A DNA stretch of 64,000 bases from Candidatus Aenigmatarchaeota archaeon (lineage in GTDB: Archaea > Aenigmatarchaeota > Aenigmatarchaeia > JACPZZ01): contig JACQNZ010000008.1 of the NCBI GenBank assembly GCA_016202815.1, positions 97,932-161,931 on the forward strand. The letters are read 5' to 3'. Positions 20,313 through 30,900 of the stretch are shown here, one piece after another. The position numbers were made by a program, and so were the translations under genes. Position 1 is the first letter of the stretch. Each line of letters opens with the position of its first letter. Under the pieces are notes generated by a model. It had not been told where the DNA came from, made no database searches, and saw only the letters and a list, made by a program, of their open reading frames with translations.

Positions 20313-20507
20313 ATGATGATCCCCATCCGGTGCATAACGTGTGGAAAGCCTGTTGGCCATCTGTGGGAAAAATACAACGAGCGCGTAAAAAACGGCGAAA
20401 AAATAGCCAAGGTTCTTGATGACCTGGGTATGGAACGTTATTGTTGTAGGGCCATGTTCATGTCCCACGTCGACACGATAAAGGACGTCGCAAGGTTCAA
20501 GCGTTAA
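20313..20507 (+). CDS. rpoN: DNA-directed RNA polymerase subunit N
   Basis: 'MMIPIRCITCGKPVGHLWEKY...RYCCRAM' RpoN/Rpb10 zinc-bundle motif. Confidence 0.8.
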   Translation: MMIPIRCITCGKPVGHLWEKYNERVKNGEKIAKVLDDLGMERYCCRAMFMSHVDTIKDVARFKR

Positions 20508-20805
20508 GGTCCTTTGCGTGCTTAAGCAGGATTTTTTTCGCAGCTTTAAGCTCGTCCAGGCCTTTTGTTGTCGCAACATAGTATTTCCTTTCAGGCCCGC
20601 CGCCTTTCCTGGAAAATGTTTTTTTGATATACCCGCCCGTTTCCAGCCTGTACAGCACGGAATAAACAGTTATCATGTTCGCATCCAGCGGCATCAATAG
20701 TTTGGTAATCTCGTACGCATACCTGGGCTTCCCCAGAACCTTGATTATGTACTGCCACAAATTGTCCACGGTAAGCGATTTTCGAAGCCTTTCCGAAGGT
20801 TGCAT
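20497..20805 (-). CDS. PadR-family transcriptional regulator
   Basis: 'PRYAYEITKLLMPL...VYSVLYRLETGGYI' winged-helix PadR signature. Confidence 0.6.
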   Translation of the reverse strand: MQPSERLRKSLTVDNLWQYIIKVLGKPRYAYEITKLLMPLDANMITVYSVLYRLETGGYIKKTFSRKGGGPERKYYVATTKGLDELKAAKKILLKHAKDLNA

Positions 20806-20858
20806 ACTATTATACCGCCATATAATAGTTAAATATCCGGGCTAACAAAATAATAGGC

Positions 20859-23366
20859 ATGGCAATCCGCATTGCAATAGCGGGCGTAGGCAACTGCGCA
20901 TCGTCGCTGGTGCAGGGCTTGTTTTATTACAAGAACGTGAAAACGAACGGCGAGACCATACCCGGTTTGATGCACAACGTGCTCGGCGGCTACAAAATAT
21001 CCGACATCGAGATTGTCGCCGCTTTCGATATAGATGAGAGGAAAGTCGGCAAGGACGTGTCCGAGGCGGTTTTCGCGCAGCCGAACTGCACGAAAATGTT
21101 TTCCGACATCCCGCATCTCGGGATAAAGGTGGAGAAAGGGCCTGTTCTGGACGGCGTCGCGGAGCACATGGAAGGCAGCGGAAGAAACGAGTTCGCCGTG
21201 GCGGAAGGCAGGGAGGCCGATGTTGCCGCAATCCTGAAAAAATCCAAGGCAGACGTGCTTATCAATTACATGCCCGTCGGTTCTGAGAAGGCGGCGAAGT
21301 TCTACGCGCAATGCGCTTTGGATGCGGGCTGCGCATTTGTCAACTGCATGCCGGTTTTCATATCGTCCGACAGGGAATGGGCCAACAAATTCCGTGAAAA
21401 AAATCTTCCAATAATCGGCGACGACGTGAAAAGCCAGCTCGGTGCAACGATCGTCAACCGCACGCTGGCGAAATTATTCGAGGATCGCGGAGTGAAAATC
21501 GACCGCATGTACCAGTTGAACGTTGGCGGCAACAGCGTAACAGGCGATCAGGAAATTATGCTTTCCATAGACGGAAAAATAAGGAATGTTAAGATTGGGG
21601 AATTCATAGACTCTTTTGTTGATGTTTATGGGGAAAAACGTGATGATGGAAAGGATATAGTGGTTTTGGACGGGTCGAAACAGCGTATCGAATGCTTTAC
21701 CGTCGATGATAATTACAATGTCACATTGTCAAACGTGGACGCCTTGATAAGGCATAAGATTTCCGAACCGGTCTATGAGATCGTCACAGAAGAAGGGAGG
21801 GGGATAAGGATAACTGGCGATCATAACGTGTTTGTCTTAAATGATAACGGCGATTTGAGCGAAATCCCAGTGAAACTTATAAAGGAGAATGAAACTTACA
21901 TAGCTGTTCCCCGGTCTATGGAGTGTGTTGCGCAGGAAGACCTTAAAAACATAGATCTAACCCCATTTTTGGGCAGTTTTTTTGTGAAAGAAGTCTCGGA
22001 CGGCTACATAAAAATCCACAATCAGGAATTGAAGATCCCGGTACAATTCCCTGTTACGGACGAACTTCTCCAAACCTTGGGGCTTTGGCTGGCAGACGGT
22101 AATTTCGACAGAAACGGAAACTCATCGAATATAGAACTGGCCTGTGGCGACGAGCCGGAATGCATGGGAGTAGTGACCGGTTTGGTGGGCGGCATGGGCA
22201 TAAACTACAATGTTAGAAAAGACGGCATTAGGGTAAGACTTCTGTCTAAAACGTTGTCCAAGATCTTTAGGTTGGCCTTGGGCCTCACTGGCAACTGTTA
22301 TACAAAACGCGTGCCAGAATGGGTATTCAATCTGTCGGACAGGCAAACCGCACTGGTATTGAGAGGTTATCTAAGCGGTGATGGCGGCGTAACTGGAAAG
22401 CAAATCAGGTGGACTTCTGTTTCAGAGAACCTTATCAGGGATCTACAAACGTTGTTGTTGCGCTTGGGGATAAACTCCACTATTTTCAAAGAAACGTACC
22501 GCAAAAATAGGAAGGGTGCGTATGACAGCCCATTGGGCTGCTGCTGGCACGGTTTAATGGGATCCAAGGAAGACGTGGGTCTGTTCATAAACAAAGTGGG
22601 CTTTTTACAAAAATTCAAAAACGAAGCTGCGGTAGAGGCTTACGATAAGATTAAGAAAAGCAACTGGAATAGGGTGCCAAATATTCCTCTATTCAAAAAA
22701 TGGAAAATAAAATCCACAACATGGTATAAAAACCCGGCCATCGTGGCTGGTATAGTCCTTCAACAACTGGGAAAAGTCAAAAACGATTTCGAAAAAGAGA
22801 AGATAAAGCAAATTTGCAGCGGCGACGTGCATTTTGTCAGGGTAAAAAATATTAAAAAAATGGAAGCTGGCGATATATACGTTTATGACCTGAGCACGAA
22901 GCCATTCGAGCGATTTATTTGTTCCAACATCCTCGTTCACAACACGGATTTCCGCAACATGCTAGATCGAAACAGGTTAAAAAGCAAAAAAATATCCAAG
23001 ACCGAAGCGGTTCAGTCGAACATACCTAAGCGCCTGGAGGACGACAACATCCACATCGGGCCCAGCGATTACGTGCCGTGGTTAAACGACAACAAGATCG
23101 CGTTCATCAGGATCGAAGGCCACAATTTCGGGAACATACCCGTTGAGCTTGAGTTGCGCTTGTCCGTCGAAGACTCGCCGAACTCGGCGGGCGTTGTTAT
23201 TGACGCAATAAGATGCTGTAAAATTGCTCTTGACCGGAAAGTAGCCGGGCCTTTGACAGCGGCATCGGCGTATTTTTGCAAGCATCCGGCCGAACAATTC
23301 TCAGACGAAGCTGCGCGGGCGATGCTGGAAGAATTCATAGAAACTAAGCAATTGGTCGCAGCGTGA
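20859..23366 (+). CDS. myo-inositol-1-phosphate synthase (archaeal type) interrupted by a 470-aa intein
   Basis: N-terminal NAD-binding 'IRIAIAGVGNCASSLVQG'. Extein junction 'LNVGGN' and 'TDFRNMLDRNRLKSKKISKTEAV'. Extein total about 365 aa. Confidence 0.8.
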   Translation: MAIRIAIAGVGNCASSLVQGLFYYKNVKTNGETIPGLMHNVLGGYKISDIEIVAAFDIDERKVGKDVSEAVFAQPNCTKMFSDIPHLGIKVEKGPVLDGVAEHMEGSGRNEFAVAEGREADVAAILKKSKADVLINYMPVGSEKAAKFYAQCALDAGCAFVNCMPVFISSDREWANKFREKNLPIIGDDVKSQLGATIVNRTLAKLFEDRGVKIDRMYQLNVGGNSVTGDQEIMLSIDGKIRNVKIGEFIDSFVDVYGEKRDDGKDIVVLDGSKQRIECFTVDDNYNVTLSNVDALIRHKISEPVYEIVTEEGRGIRITGDHNVFVLNDNGDLSEIPVKLIKENETYIAVPRSMECVAQEDLKNIDLTPFLGSFFVKEVSDGYIKIHNQELKIPVQFPVTDELLQTLGLWLADGNFDRNGNSSNIELACGDEPECMGVVTGLVGGMGINYNVRKDGIRVRLLSKTLSKIFRLALGLTGNCYTKRVPEWVFNLSDRQTALVLRGYLSGDGGVTGKQIRWTSVSENLIRDLQTLLLRLGINSTIFKETYRKNRKGAYDSPLGCCWHGLMGSKEDVGLFINKVGFLQKFKNEAAVEAYDKIKKSNWNRVPNIPLFKKWKIKSTTWYKNPAIVAGIVLQQLGKVKNDFEKEKIKQICSGDVHFVRVKNIKKMEAGDIYVYDLSTKPFERFICSNILVHNTDFRNMLDRNRLKSKKISKTEAVQSNIPKRLEDDNIHIGPSDYVPWLNDNKIAFIRIEGHNFGNIPVELELRLSVEDSPNSAGVVIDAIRCCKIALDRKVAGPLTAASAYFCKHPAEQFSDEAARAMLEEFIETKQLVAA
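21534..22943 (+). mobile_element. intein with LAGLIDADG homing-endonuclease domain inside the MIPS gene
   Basis: Block A 'SVTGDQEIMLSIDG' (Ser1), block B 'TGDHNVFV', LAGLIDADG motifs 'LGLWLADGNFD' and 'LRGYLSGDGGV', C-terminal 'ILVHN' followed by +1 Thr. Confidence 0.75.
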
Positions 23367-23820
23367 GTTTTTTTTCCATGTAAACCTCATCGCAGCCATT
23401 TCCATATTTGGGGCATGCTACGCAGTCTTTGTATATCTTCTGCTCTATTACAGGACCTTTCTTAAAACCGAACCTTGCGAAATAATCCGGTTTCCTGGTT
23501 AAAACGAAAACCGTGCTTAACCCCCTTTTCTCCGCTTCCTCCACCCCGGCGTCCACGATTTTCTTCCCCACGCCGTTGCTCTGGTGTGCCGCGTCCACGC
23601 AGACGCTGCGTATTTCCGCAAGTTTCGGCCCGTAAACGGCCAGCGAAGCCACGCCGACTATCCTGCCGCCGTCTTCTTCCACTACAAAATCCGCAAGATG
23701 TTTCGTTATCTCATTAACACCTCTTGGAAGGACCTCGCCTTCCGCTGCCCAATAATCTATCAGCGATTTGATGGCTGGGATGTCTTGTACAGAGGCTTGT
23801 CTGGGCATGTTTATCAGCAA
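23344..23820 (-). CDS. GNAT family N-acetyltransferase
   Basis: 'IVGVASLAV...EIRSVCVDAAHQSNGVGKKIV' acetyl-CoA binding motif. Confidence 0.6.
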   Translation of the reverse strand: MLINMPRQASVQDIPAIKSLIDYWAAEGEVLPRGVNEITKHLADFVVEEDGGRIVGVASLAVYGPKLAEIRSVCVDAAHQSNGVGKKIVDAGVEEAEKRGLSTVFVLTRKPDYFARFGFKKGPVIEQKIYKDCVACPKYGNGCDEVYMEKKLTLRPIA

Positions 23821-24203
23821 TTTTCATAAAGCGGCCCAAGCATGCCCGCGGATTTCAACGCGTGTCTTGCCGCATGCGCCAGTTTTTTTGCGCCCCTTTT
23901 GACAGCTGGAAAATCTTCCTGGCCTGACGTCGTTTCCACAAGAACGGTGTAACCGCCGACTTCTCTTGCCAGCGCAATGTCCAACGTATCGTCGTCCAGG
24001 AACGCGCCGGTATGCCATGCGCCCGTCCTACCCGCGGATTTGTTGGATTTGTCCATGAGACTTTCAGCGTAATGCGCTGCATTGCATGTGTCGCCCCACG
24101 CGTAAACGGGTTGTGCGGTCTGCGGGTCTATTATAGCAAGCGCCTTTACCCAGGGCTTTGTTCCCAGGGACTGGTCAATATATTTTGTGTCCATTTTTAT
24201 CAC
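23814..24203 (-). CDS. hypothetical protein
   Basis: 129-aa ORF overlapping the GNAT gene start by 7 bp. Confidence 0.35.
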   Translation of the reverse strand: MIKMDTKYIDQSLGTKPWVKALAIIDPQTAQPVYAWGDTCNAAHYAESLMDKSNKSAGRTGAWHTGAFLDDDTLDIALAREVGGYTVLVETTSGQEDFPAVKRGAKKLAHAARHALKSAGMLGPLYENC

Positions 24204-24257
24204 TCAACCCAATTGAAAACGCAGGCTTAAATATGTGCCTTCATAAATGTTACATTT

Positions 24258-24860
24258 ATGGATAAAAATGTTACAAACAGGACATTACACTCGCGTGTCC
24301 GCGCGTACATTGGAAGCCACCCGTTTGTGTCGAACGTAATCGCTGCGGGTATTGTGAACTATTCGGCCCTGGCGCGCAGGATACAAAAGGAGATTGGCGG
24401 CAACGTTGAAACTATCAAAGTCGCCCTGCTTCGTGAAGGCGCCAGCGCGGTTAAGTTCACAGGCTACGACGAGGAGAAGGTGCGCAGCCTGTTGAAAAAT
24501 TCCAGGATGAGCCTTCAGGACAACACGGCCGTTGTGATATCCGAGGATAAGCTTAACATCCCGCGGCTGATATCCATCGAGATAACCGCGAACAATATCT
24601 ATATAGTGGACCAGACGAAGCTCGAAGTTGGCGAAACGAAAAGAATCCGGATCGTTCGGGATCTTGTGGCGCTTGTGATAAACAGCCCGGAAAGGCTGGA
24701 AAAAACGCCCGGAGTCATCGCGTTCTTAGCACAGTATTTCGCCTCCCAGAACATAAACATACGCGAGCTTATTTCATGCTACACCGACACGGTTATAGTG
24801 TTGGACAGGAAGGACGCGTCGAAAGCGTTTGAACTTTTCAGGGATTTTGTAATTGCGTAA
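24258..24860 (+). CDS. hypothetical protein with C-terminal ACT-like domain
   Basis: C-terminal 'PGVIAFLAQYFASQNINIRELISCYTDTVIVLDRKDASKAFE' looks like an ACT fold. Confidence 0.4.
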   Translation: MDKNVTNRTLHSRVRAYIGSHPFVSNVIAAGIVNYSALARRIQKEIGGNVETIKVALLREGASAVKFTGYDEEKVRSLLKNSRMSLQDNTAVVISEDKLNIPRLISIEITANNIYIVDQTKLEVGETKRIRIVRDLVALVINSPERLEKTPGVIAFLAQYFASQNINIRELISCYTDTVIVLDRKDASKAFELFRDFVIA

Positions 24861-25697
24861 TCAAATCCCGGCCTGGGACACGATTTTTTCGAATGGAAAC
24901 CTTCCGAATTCAAGAGGATTCATTATGAAAACGCCCGAATTGTGGCTTTCCGGGTCGTCGTACCTGACGTTTCTCACGCCCACGTACCCGATTCTTCCGC
25001 TTTCAGTGCGCACCGGCTGCGCGCCGCCTCTCCAATGGAACCTGAAGCCGTAATCGTGCGGAACCATCCCTTCCGGTGAGGGGACAGCCGCTCTAAGGTA
25101 TCTGTCGACCGGAGTTTCTCCGTTTGTTTGCGTGAAATTGCGATAAGAGGGGAGCCTGCTGAACGCGATAAACCACTCCGTCCCTTCCTGTTTCGACGCA
25201 CGGAGCGCGGCAGACAGGGTTTCGTCAACAACACGATTTCCGCGATAGTTAGGATCGGTTATTATGGCCATGCCAAAAATCACCTTCCCGCCGGGATTAT
25301 GCAGCCCCTTTTCGGTGAAAGGCGTTCCGTTTCCTGTGGCTTCGTGCCAGTTAAGAGGCAGTCCGTATGTATTGCGCAGAGTTTCCCATCTTTCCTCCGG
25401 AGTTTGCCCGACTATCCTGTCGGTGCACTGCGTCATAATCTCCCGAAGCGCCTTCGGATCTGCCCACGATGGCCTGAAAACGGATACATATCCCACAACC
25501 CGCCCTTCGCCGGTCTTTGTAACAAAAATTCCGCCGTTGGCCTGCCTTGTGAGGAACTCTTTTTCATCCGCATCCGTTCCTCTTCCGGACGACCAGGCAA
25601 CACTGTCAATCGCGGCTATCGCGGCCACATCACCGGGTTCGGCCAGGTCAACAAACAATTCGGCGGCCATGTCCTTTGTCATGCGCTGTTCTGTCAT
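24861..25697 (-). CDS. hypothetical protein (possible acyltransferase-like fold)
   Basis: 278-aa ORF convergent with the previous gene. Confidence 0.35.
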   Translation of the reverse strand: MTEQRMTKDMAAELFVDLAEPGDVAAIAAIDSVAWSSGRGTDADEKEFLTRQANGGIFVTKTGEGRVVGYVSVFRPSWADPKALREIMTQCTDRIVGQTPEERWETLRNTYGLPLNWHEATGNGTPFTEKGLHNPGGKVIFGMAIITDPNYRGNRVVDETLSAALRASKQEGTEWFIAFSRLPSYRNFTQTNGETPVDRYLRAAVPSPEGMVPHDYGFRFHWRGGAQPVRTESGRIGYVGVRNVRYDDPESHNSGVFIMNPLEFGRFPFEKIVSQAGI

Positions 25698-25738
25698 TTT
25701 AAATTAATAATCAAATTTTACAGATAAAAATGGCCTGT

Positions 25739-26311
25739 TCAGGCCAAATGCCCCGATTTCAACCTTTTCGTTTCGATGTAACCCTCGTTGAACTCGTTTG
25801 GTTTTACTTTTAGCGGCATCCTTTCCACAGATATCCCGCCGCGTGACATCGCATCCATTTTTTTTGGGTTATTTGTCATCAGCACAATGCTGGAAATCTT
25901 CAATGCACTCAGGATTTCCACGGCCGCACCATAATCCCGCACATCTCCGTCGAACCCCAGGCACTCGTTTGCTTCTATGGTGTCCATTCCTTTGTCCTGC
26001 AAGGCGTACGCTTTTATCTTGTTCGACAAGCCTATGCCGCGGCCTTCCTGGTCAAGATATACCAATACTCCCCCGTGCTTGCCTATGAAAATCAAGGACT
26101 TTTCCAGCTGTTCGCCGCAGTCGCAGCGCAAAGAACGGAACGTGTCGCCGGTCAGGCATTTTGAATGTATCCTGACCGTGACTTTCTTGTTTTTAAATTC
26201 GCCTTTTGCGATTGCAATGTGTTCCTTGTTGTGCTCCTTGAACGCATAAATGGAGAATTTCCCGTATTTTGTCGGGAGCTTTGACTCGGATACTAATTCA
26301 ATTTCGGACAT
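25739..26311 (-). CDS. ribA: GTP cyclohydrolase II
   Basis: 'RIHSKCLTGDTFRSLRCDCGEQL' zinc-binding signature. Confidence 0.7.
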   Translation of the reverse strand: MSEIELVSESKLPTKYGKFSIYAFKEHNKEHIAIAKGEFKNKKVTVRIHSKCLTGDTFRSLRCDCGEQLEKSLIFIGKHGGVLVYLDQEGRGIGLSNKIKAYALQDKGMDTIEANECLGFDGDVRDYGAAVEILSALKISSIVLMTNNPKKMDAMSRGGISVERMPLKVKPNEFNEGYIETKRLKSGHLA

Positions 26312-26319
26312 ACGAATCG

Positions 26320-26730
26320 CTAAATATTTTCTATAACTTCGACAAGTTTTATCGCAGCCGTTAGTGCGCGTTCAGCGTATTCTTCGGCCCGTTTTTCGGC
26401 CTGTTCCCATGTAGCGCCCGGCCCTATTATCCCGAGCGTGACAGGCTTGCCAAACTCGGCGCTTAATGACGCGAGCGCGCCCGCAACGGCCTGTCCGATG
26501 ACCTCATCGTGCTTCGTGTCGCCTTTGATTATCGCGCCCAGGGTTATGACAGCATCAACGTCGTTCCGCATAAGTAATCTTTTCACAGCTATGGGCATGT
26601 CAAACGAGCCCGGGACCTTGACAGCTTTTACAATGTTAACCCCCAACTTCTCCGCCTCTTCGGCCGCGTGCCGCTCCATGACAGACGTTATCCCGCTGTT
26701 GAATTCGCCGGTCACTATTCCGATATTCAT
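26320..26730 (-). CDS. ribH: 6,7-dimethyl-8-ribityllumazine synthase
   Basis: 'IGIVTGEFN...VPGSFDMPIAVKRL...ITLGAIIKGDTKHDEVI'. Confidence 0.8.
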   Translation of the reverse strand: MNIGIVTGEFNSGITSVMERHAAEEAEKLGVNIVKAVKVPGSFDMPIAVKRLLMRNDVDAVITLGAIIKGDTKHDEVIGQAVAGALASLSAEFGKPVTLGIIGPGATWEQAEKRAEEYAERALTAAIKLVEVIENI

Positions 26731-27194
26731 TCGATCACCATAGGCCCTGCGTCTGCGCGGCCCTGCCTTTTTCCCATGCCGGCGTTTTTCGCCAATTCGC
26801 CAGGATTCGCTACGAGCAGGTACGCATTGAGCGCATGTTTCGTAACGCGATTGACGCAGATATCGTAAAGGTCTTTGTCGTTGTCCGCCTCGACCTCGTG
26901 CACGAAAACGCTGAGTATGTGTTTGTTCGTCATTAATTGGGCGCCCATAATCCCCGCGTTTGCCTCATGTGCGCACGTTTCGTCAAGCCTGTGCGGGCCG
27001 ACCATCGCAATGGCGAGGCAGGCGTCGCAACCGCCGTCCAAAAGTTTCTTGCACGCAACGGCCAGGTCCTTCATGCCCGGGACGGTAACGCGAACAATAT
27101 CGGCGTCGCTGTGCTTTTCCAGTTCGCGTATTGCCAAAGAGCCCATATCAACGCGCGCAAAAGTCGTATCAACGACGCCTATCTTGTAGTTCAC
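26727..27194 (-). CDS. ribC: riboflavin synthase, archaeal type
   Basis: 155 aa 'MNYKIGVVDTTFARVDMGSLAIREL' archaeal RibC family. Overlaps ribH (ATGA). Confidence 0.7.
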   Translation of the reverse strand: MNYKIGVVDTTFARVDMGSLAIRELEKHSDADIVRVTVPGMKDLAVACKKLLDGGCDACLAIAMVGPHRLDETCAHEANAGIMGAQLMTNKHILSVFVHEVEADNDKDLYDICVNRVTKHALNAYLLVANPGELAKNAGMGKRQGRADAGPMVIE

Positions 27195-27252
27195 AGAAAT
27201 CGTTATGATGCTACCAATAAATAGCTTGCTACCCAGAAATGGGTTGAAAACT

Positions 27253-27900
27253 TCAGGCGGTTTTTATGGTAACCGCGCTGCCGTCCCTGAGCCTCAGCGT
27301 TTTTCGCAGGAAATGCCGAGAAATTATTTCCATGACGTCAGCAGGATGGTGCGTTCGTTCTATCACAAGTATTGCGGCATCAACGCCGTTGACCGTGGCT
27401 TTGTAGCAGTTCGCCCCGCCGTATGTCCGCTTGTCGTCCTTGAACCCTTCTATTTGCACGGCCGGAATCTTGTCAAGTTCGGCCTTTGCGCTTATGTCGC
27501 GCTCCGTTTCCAGCTTTATGTTCAGCGTGCCCGGGTACGGGTCAAAGCCCAGCTTGCGCGCGAATTGTTTCCTGTATCCCGGCATGTGTATGTAATAGCC
27601 GCCTTCGCCCAGGCCTGAAAAAACTTTGCCTTGTATCGTGACTTTCTTCACGCCCTCAAAAACGGGCCGGAGGTTCCTGTAAACTGTTTTCAGTTCCGCG
27701 ACAGCTTTCTGCGTTAATCGTACGGATTGGCCGTGCCTGTCGATCCTGCGTTCTATTAACCCTTCAGATTCCAGTTCAATGAGCTTCCGCGAAGCCGTTT
27801 GCTGCGACATCCCGCATTCCGACGCGAGCTCTATCGTATTAGTTCGCACGAATTTTTCATGCGCCCCCTTTCTCGAAAGGATGTAGATAAGATTTTCCAT
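27253..27900 (-). CDS. ribK: CTP-dependent riboflavin kinase with N-terminal winged-HTH domain (RbkR-like)
   Basis: N-terminal HTH 'NTIELASECGMSQQTASRKLIELESEGLIERR' plus C-terminal archaeal riboflavin kinase core 'GKVFSGLGEGGYYIHMPGYRKQFARKLGFDPYPGTLNIKL'. Confidence 0.7.
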   Translation of the reverse strand: MENLIYILSRKGAHEKFVRTNTIELASECGMSQQTASRKLIELESEGLIERRIDRHGQSVRLTQKAVAELKTVYRNLRPVFEGVKKVTIQGKVFSGLGEGGYYIHMPGYRKQFARKLGFDPYPGTLNIKLETERDISAKAELDKIPAVQIEGFKDDKRTYGGANCYKATVNGVDAAILVIERTHHPADVMEIISRHFLRKTLRLRDGSAVTIKTA

Positions 27901-27961
27901 GACTAAAATTATCAGGACGCTTATTTTTAAGCGATCGATGACGATAATATATTAGAAATTA

Positions 27962-30900
27962 ATGAGGCACACAGGGCTGCGGCCGGAGATTATCATACTT
28001 GTTTTGTTACTTGTTCCTGGCTTTGCGAGCGCCTCGTACACTGCAAAGATAAGCCTGACACTGGAAAAGCCCGTATATTCCCCCAGCGAACAGGTCGTGC
28101 TTTTCGGCTCCGTCTACTTGTCCAACTTAACGGCCAACGACACGTCGTACCAGCCCGTTGCCAACGCAAGCGTAAACGTGACAATTTACGGCAATTCAAC
28201 AGGCATGGTGAAGAGGAATTACACAATCAACGCCAGCGCGCAGGGCGTTTTCAAATCCAACAGCTCGGACGCGCTGACAGAACAGCCTGTGACAGCGCCG
28301 GCGGAAACAGGATCTTATTACATTGAAGCGTCTTACAGCGACCCGGACAGCGTCAAGTGGCACAACAAGCTGCCTTTTGTGGTTCTTTCGCAGACCATAG
28401 ACGACATAACAATGCGGCCTTCAAAGTCAAAGTTTTACGCAGCAGAGCCTGTCACAGTGTTTCTCGAGGCTGTCAAGCGGAGCGGCGGCAGCAGGCTGCC
28501 CGTATCCAACGTTTCCCTGAACGGGACTTTGCGGTCAGAAAATTTGGCATTAATAAATCAGTTTAACTGCACTACCGGCAGCACAGGCGTGTGCTCGGTG
28601 GCGTTCAACGCCCCGTCTACCACAGGAAAATACGTTGTGGAGGCCAACAACTTTCTTGGCACAGGTTCTTTCTACGTGATACCGTTTAACATACAGGTCT
28701 ACATGAAAGACGGCCTCGGACAAAATTACAAGGAGGTGTTCCGCACAGGCGAGGACGCCTCTGTCGAAGTTCGCGTTGATTTGAACGGCTCTGTGCCCAG
28801 CTCCAGCTACACATTCAACGGGACCATAACAAACTCCGGCGGAAGCACGATCACAAACATAAGTTCGACATTGTTAGAGTCGAATAATTCATACACGAAC
28901 AAGTTCACCTTCGCCATAAGCAACCAGTTCACGACCGGTAATTACCTTGCCTCGGTCACAGTTTACGACAACGCCAGCCGCACGCGATCGGCAACGGCAT
29001 TTTTCCAGGTCAGGGACTGGACAATGACATTTAACAAAGCCTCGTCCAGCTCCGGCTTCGAATACGAATACGTGGCATTCCCGGGCAGGCGCCTGAATTT
29101 TGAGATATATCCGAAAGACAGGCAGAACGGCAGCATAATCACAGGCTTGAACGCTTCGCAGTTTAATATCACGCTCGCGAACATGCTCGGCTCGGCGCTG
29201 CAGGCGGGCAACGCCACATGGAACGCCACCTGCGGGGGCGGGTGCTACACGTTTAACCTGACCGCCCCGGCCACGGTCGGCGATTACATCGTGGCTGTTT
29301 CCTTAAACCACAGCAGCGACACGCAAAAAATAGAAAGAAAAATAATCGTGACCAGCTTGACATTGCCCGCAAGTTCAACAACGGAAACAGGCGCCCAGAA
29401 AGATTTGTTCGGCACAACAGAGCCTGTTTATCTGACACTGGCCGCAACCAATACGACGTCTTCCGTGAACCTGACAGACGCGTCTGTAATCAACATAAAA
29501 TCCGAGAACGGCACGGAGCTCAATTACACAAACACCACATGGTTCGGCATCAATGTCACGGACAGCGTGCTCCAGTGGGCGTGGAATTCCAGCGAGCAGA
29601 GGCTGAAAATTGACCCGCCAAAAGCAGGCGGTGCATACACTGTGAAGATCGGAGCCAATTCCAATTCTGTGATAGCGACCGGGCGATTTATAATAAATCC
29701 GTACGACGTCTGCGTTGCGGCTAAAACGGGCGCAGGCACAGTGGACTCTTCGACAAGTTTTTATGCCTGGCAGTACAAGACGACAGACACCGTTTATTTC
29801 GAATTAAAAGCGGCCCAGGCAAACAACCCAAGCGGCAGGGCAAACTCCACATCCGCTAAAAACGGCACCAACTTCGGCATGGGCTTCGCCTGTTCCGTGG
29901 ACACGACGCGCCAGCAGGTCGTAACAAACGCAACCATAACCGTTGACAAAGTATTCAGCGCGATATCCGGCGTTGCGAACAGCCTGAACTCCACTGAAAC
30001 CGTGTGCAAGGCCGACGACAGCCAGGGAACTTACACATGCACGCTGAAGCCCCTGAGCAAATGGGAGGGCGGCCGCAACGTGGTCGAGTTTAGCATAGTC
30101 GGCTCGGACAGGCAGACGTCTGACAAAGTCGTCGCAATATTCGAGTCGCGCAGTTTTTTCATCTACGGTTATCCGACAACATGGGCCAACAAGCCGCAGA
30201 GCAACATAACGTTCACGCTTAACCTGTACAATCCCGGCACCAGCTGGTGGAATAACTACGGTTCAGGCGGGCTGAGCGGGTCCGCAACCATACAAAAAGT
30301 CCAGTACATGGGCAAAAACGGGGAGTGGGTGTGGCCGCCAGTGGAATATCCGTACAACACGACAGGCGTGAACGCGTCTAATATAACATCCGGTACAGGC
30401 ACGTTCTCCCTGCAGCACACGCGGGCATCCAAAGGCTCGTGGGATGTCGGCTCCTATTCTGTCGTGGTCAAAGCTACGGACGCAGCATCAGGCGAATCGG
30501 ATTACGGTGAGGTGTGGTTCGAGATAAAAAGATGGGACGCGTACTCCACCCCTGTGGAAAAATCCGGAAGCTCGTTCAATTACAAGTATTCCGTAAACCC
30601 GCGGGAAAACGTTTCATTGTACGTCAGGCTGACAACGGCCGGAAATTACAACGATAACGGCGGTTCGAGCCTCGGCGGGAATGTGAGCGTGACGGTGAAA
30701 AGGCTTGAGCAATATCCGAAAGAGGTCAACTCGAGCTCTTACGGCGTTGTCGGCATAAACGTTAACCAGTCCAGCCCGTGGTATTACAACGCAAACGCGG
30801 ACACGTACGCCAATTACGTCATAACTTTGTACCCGGTCGGCGGCAGCTGGGAGAGCGGTTATTACAACGCTGTGCTGGACATCAACGGCACGGACACAGG

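Noticed and set aside
20829-21311. Minus-strand Arg/Cys-rich ORFs overlapping the MIPS 5' region
   Set aside because: They are antisense to the strongly supported MIPS N-terminus (NAD-binding motif) and have no motif support.
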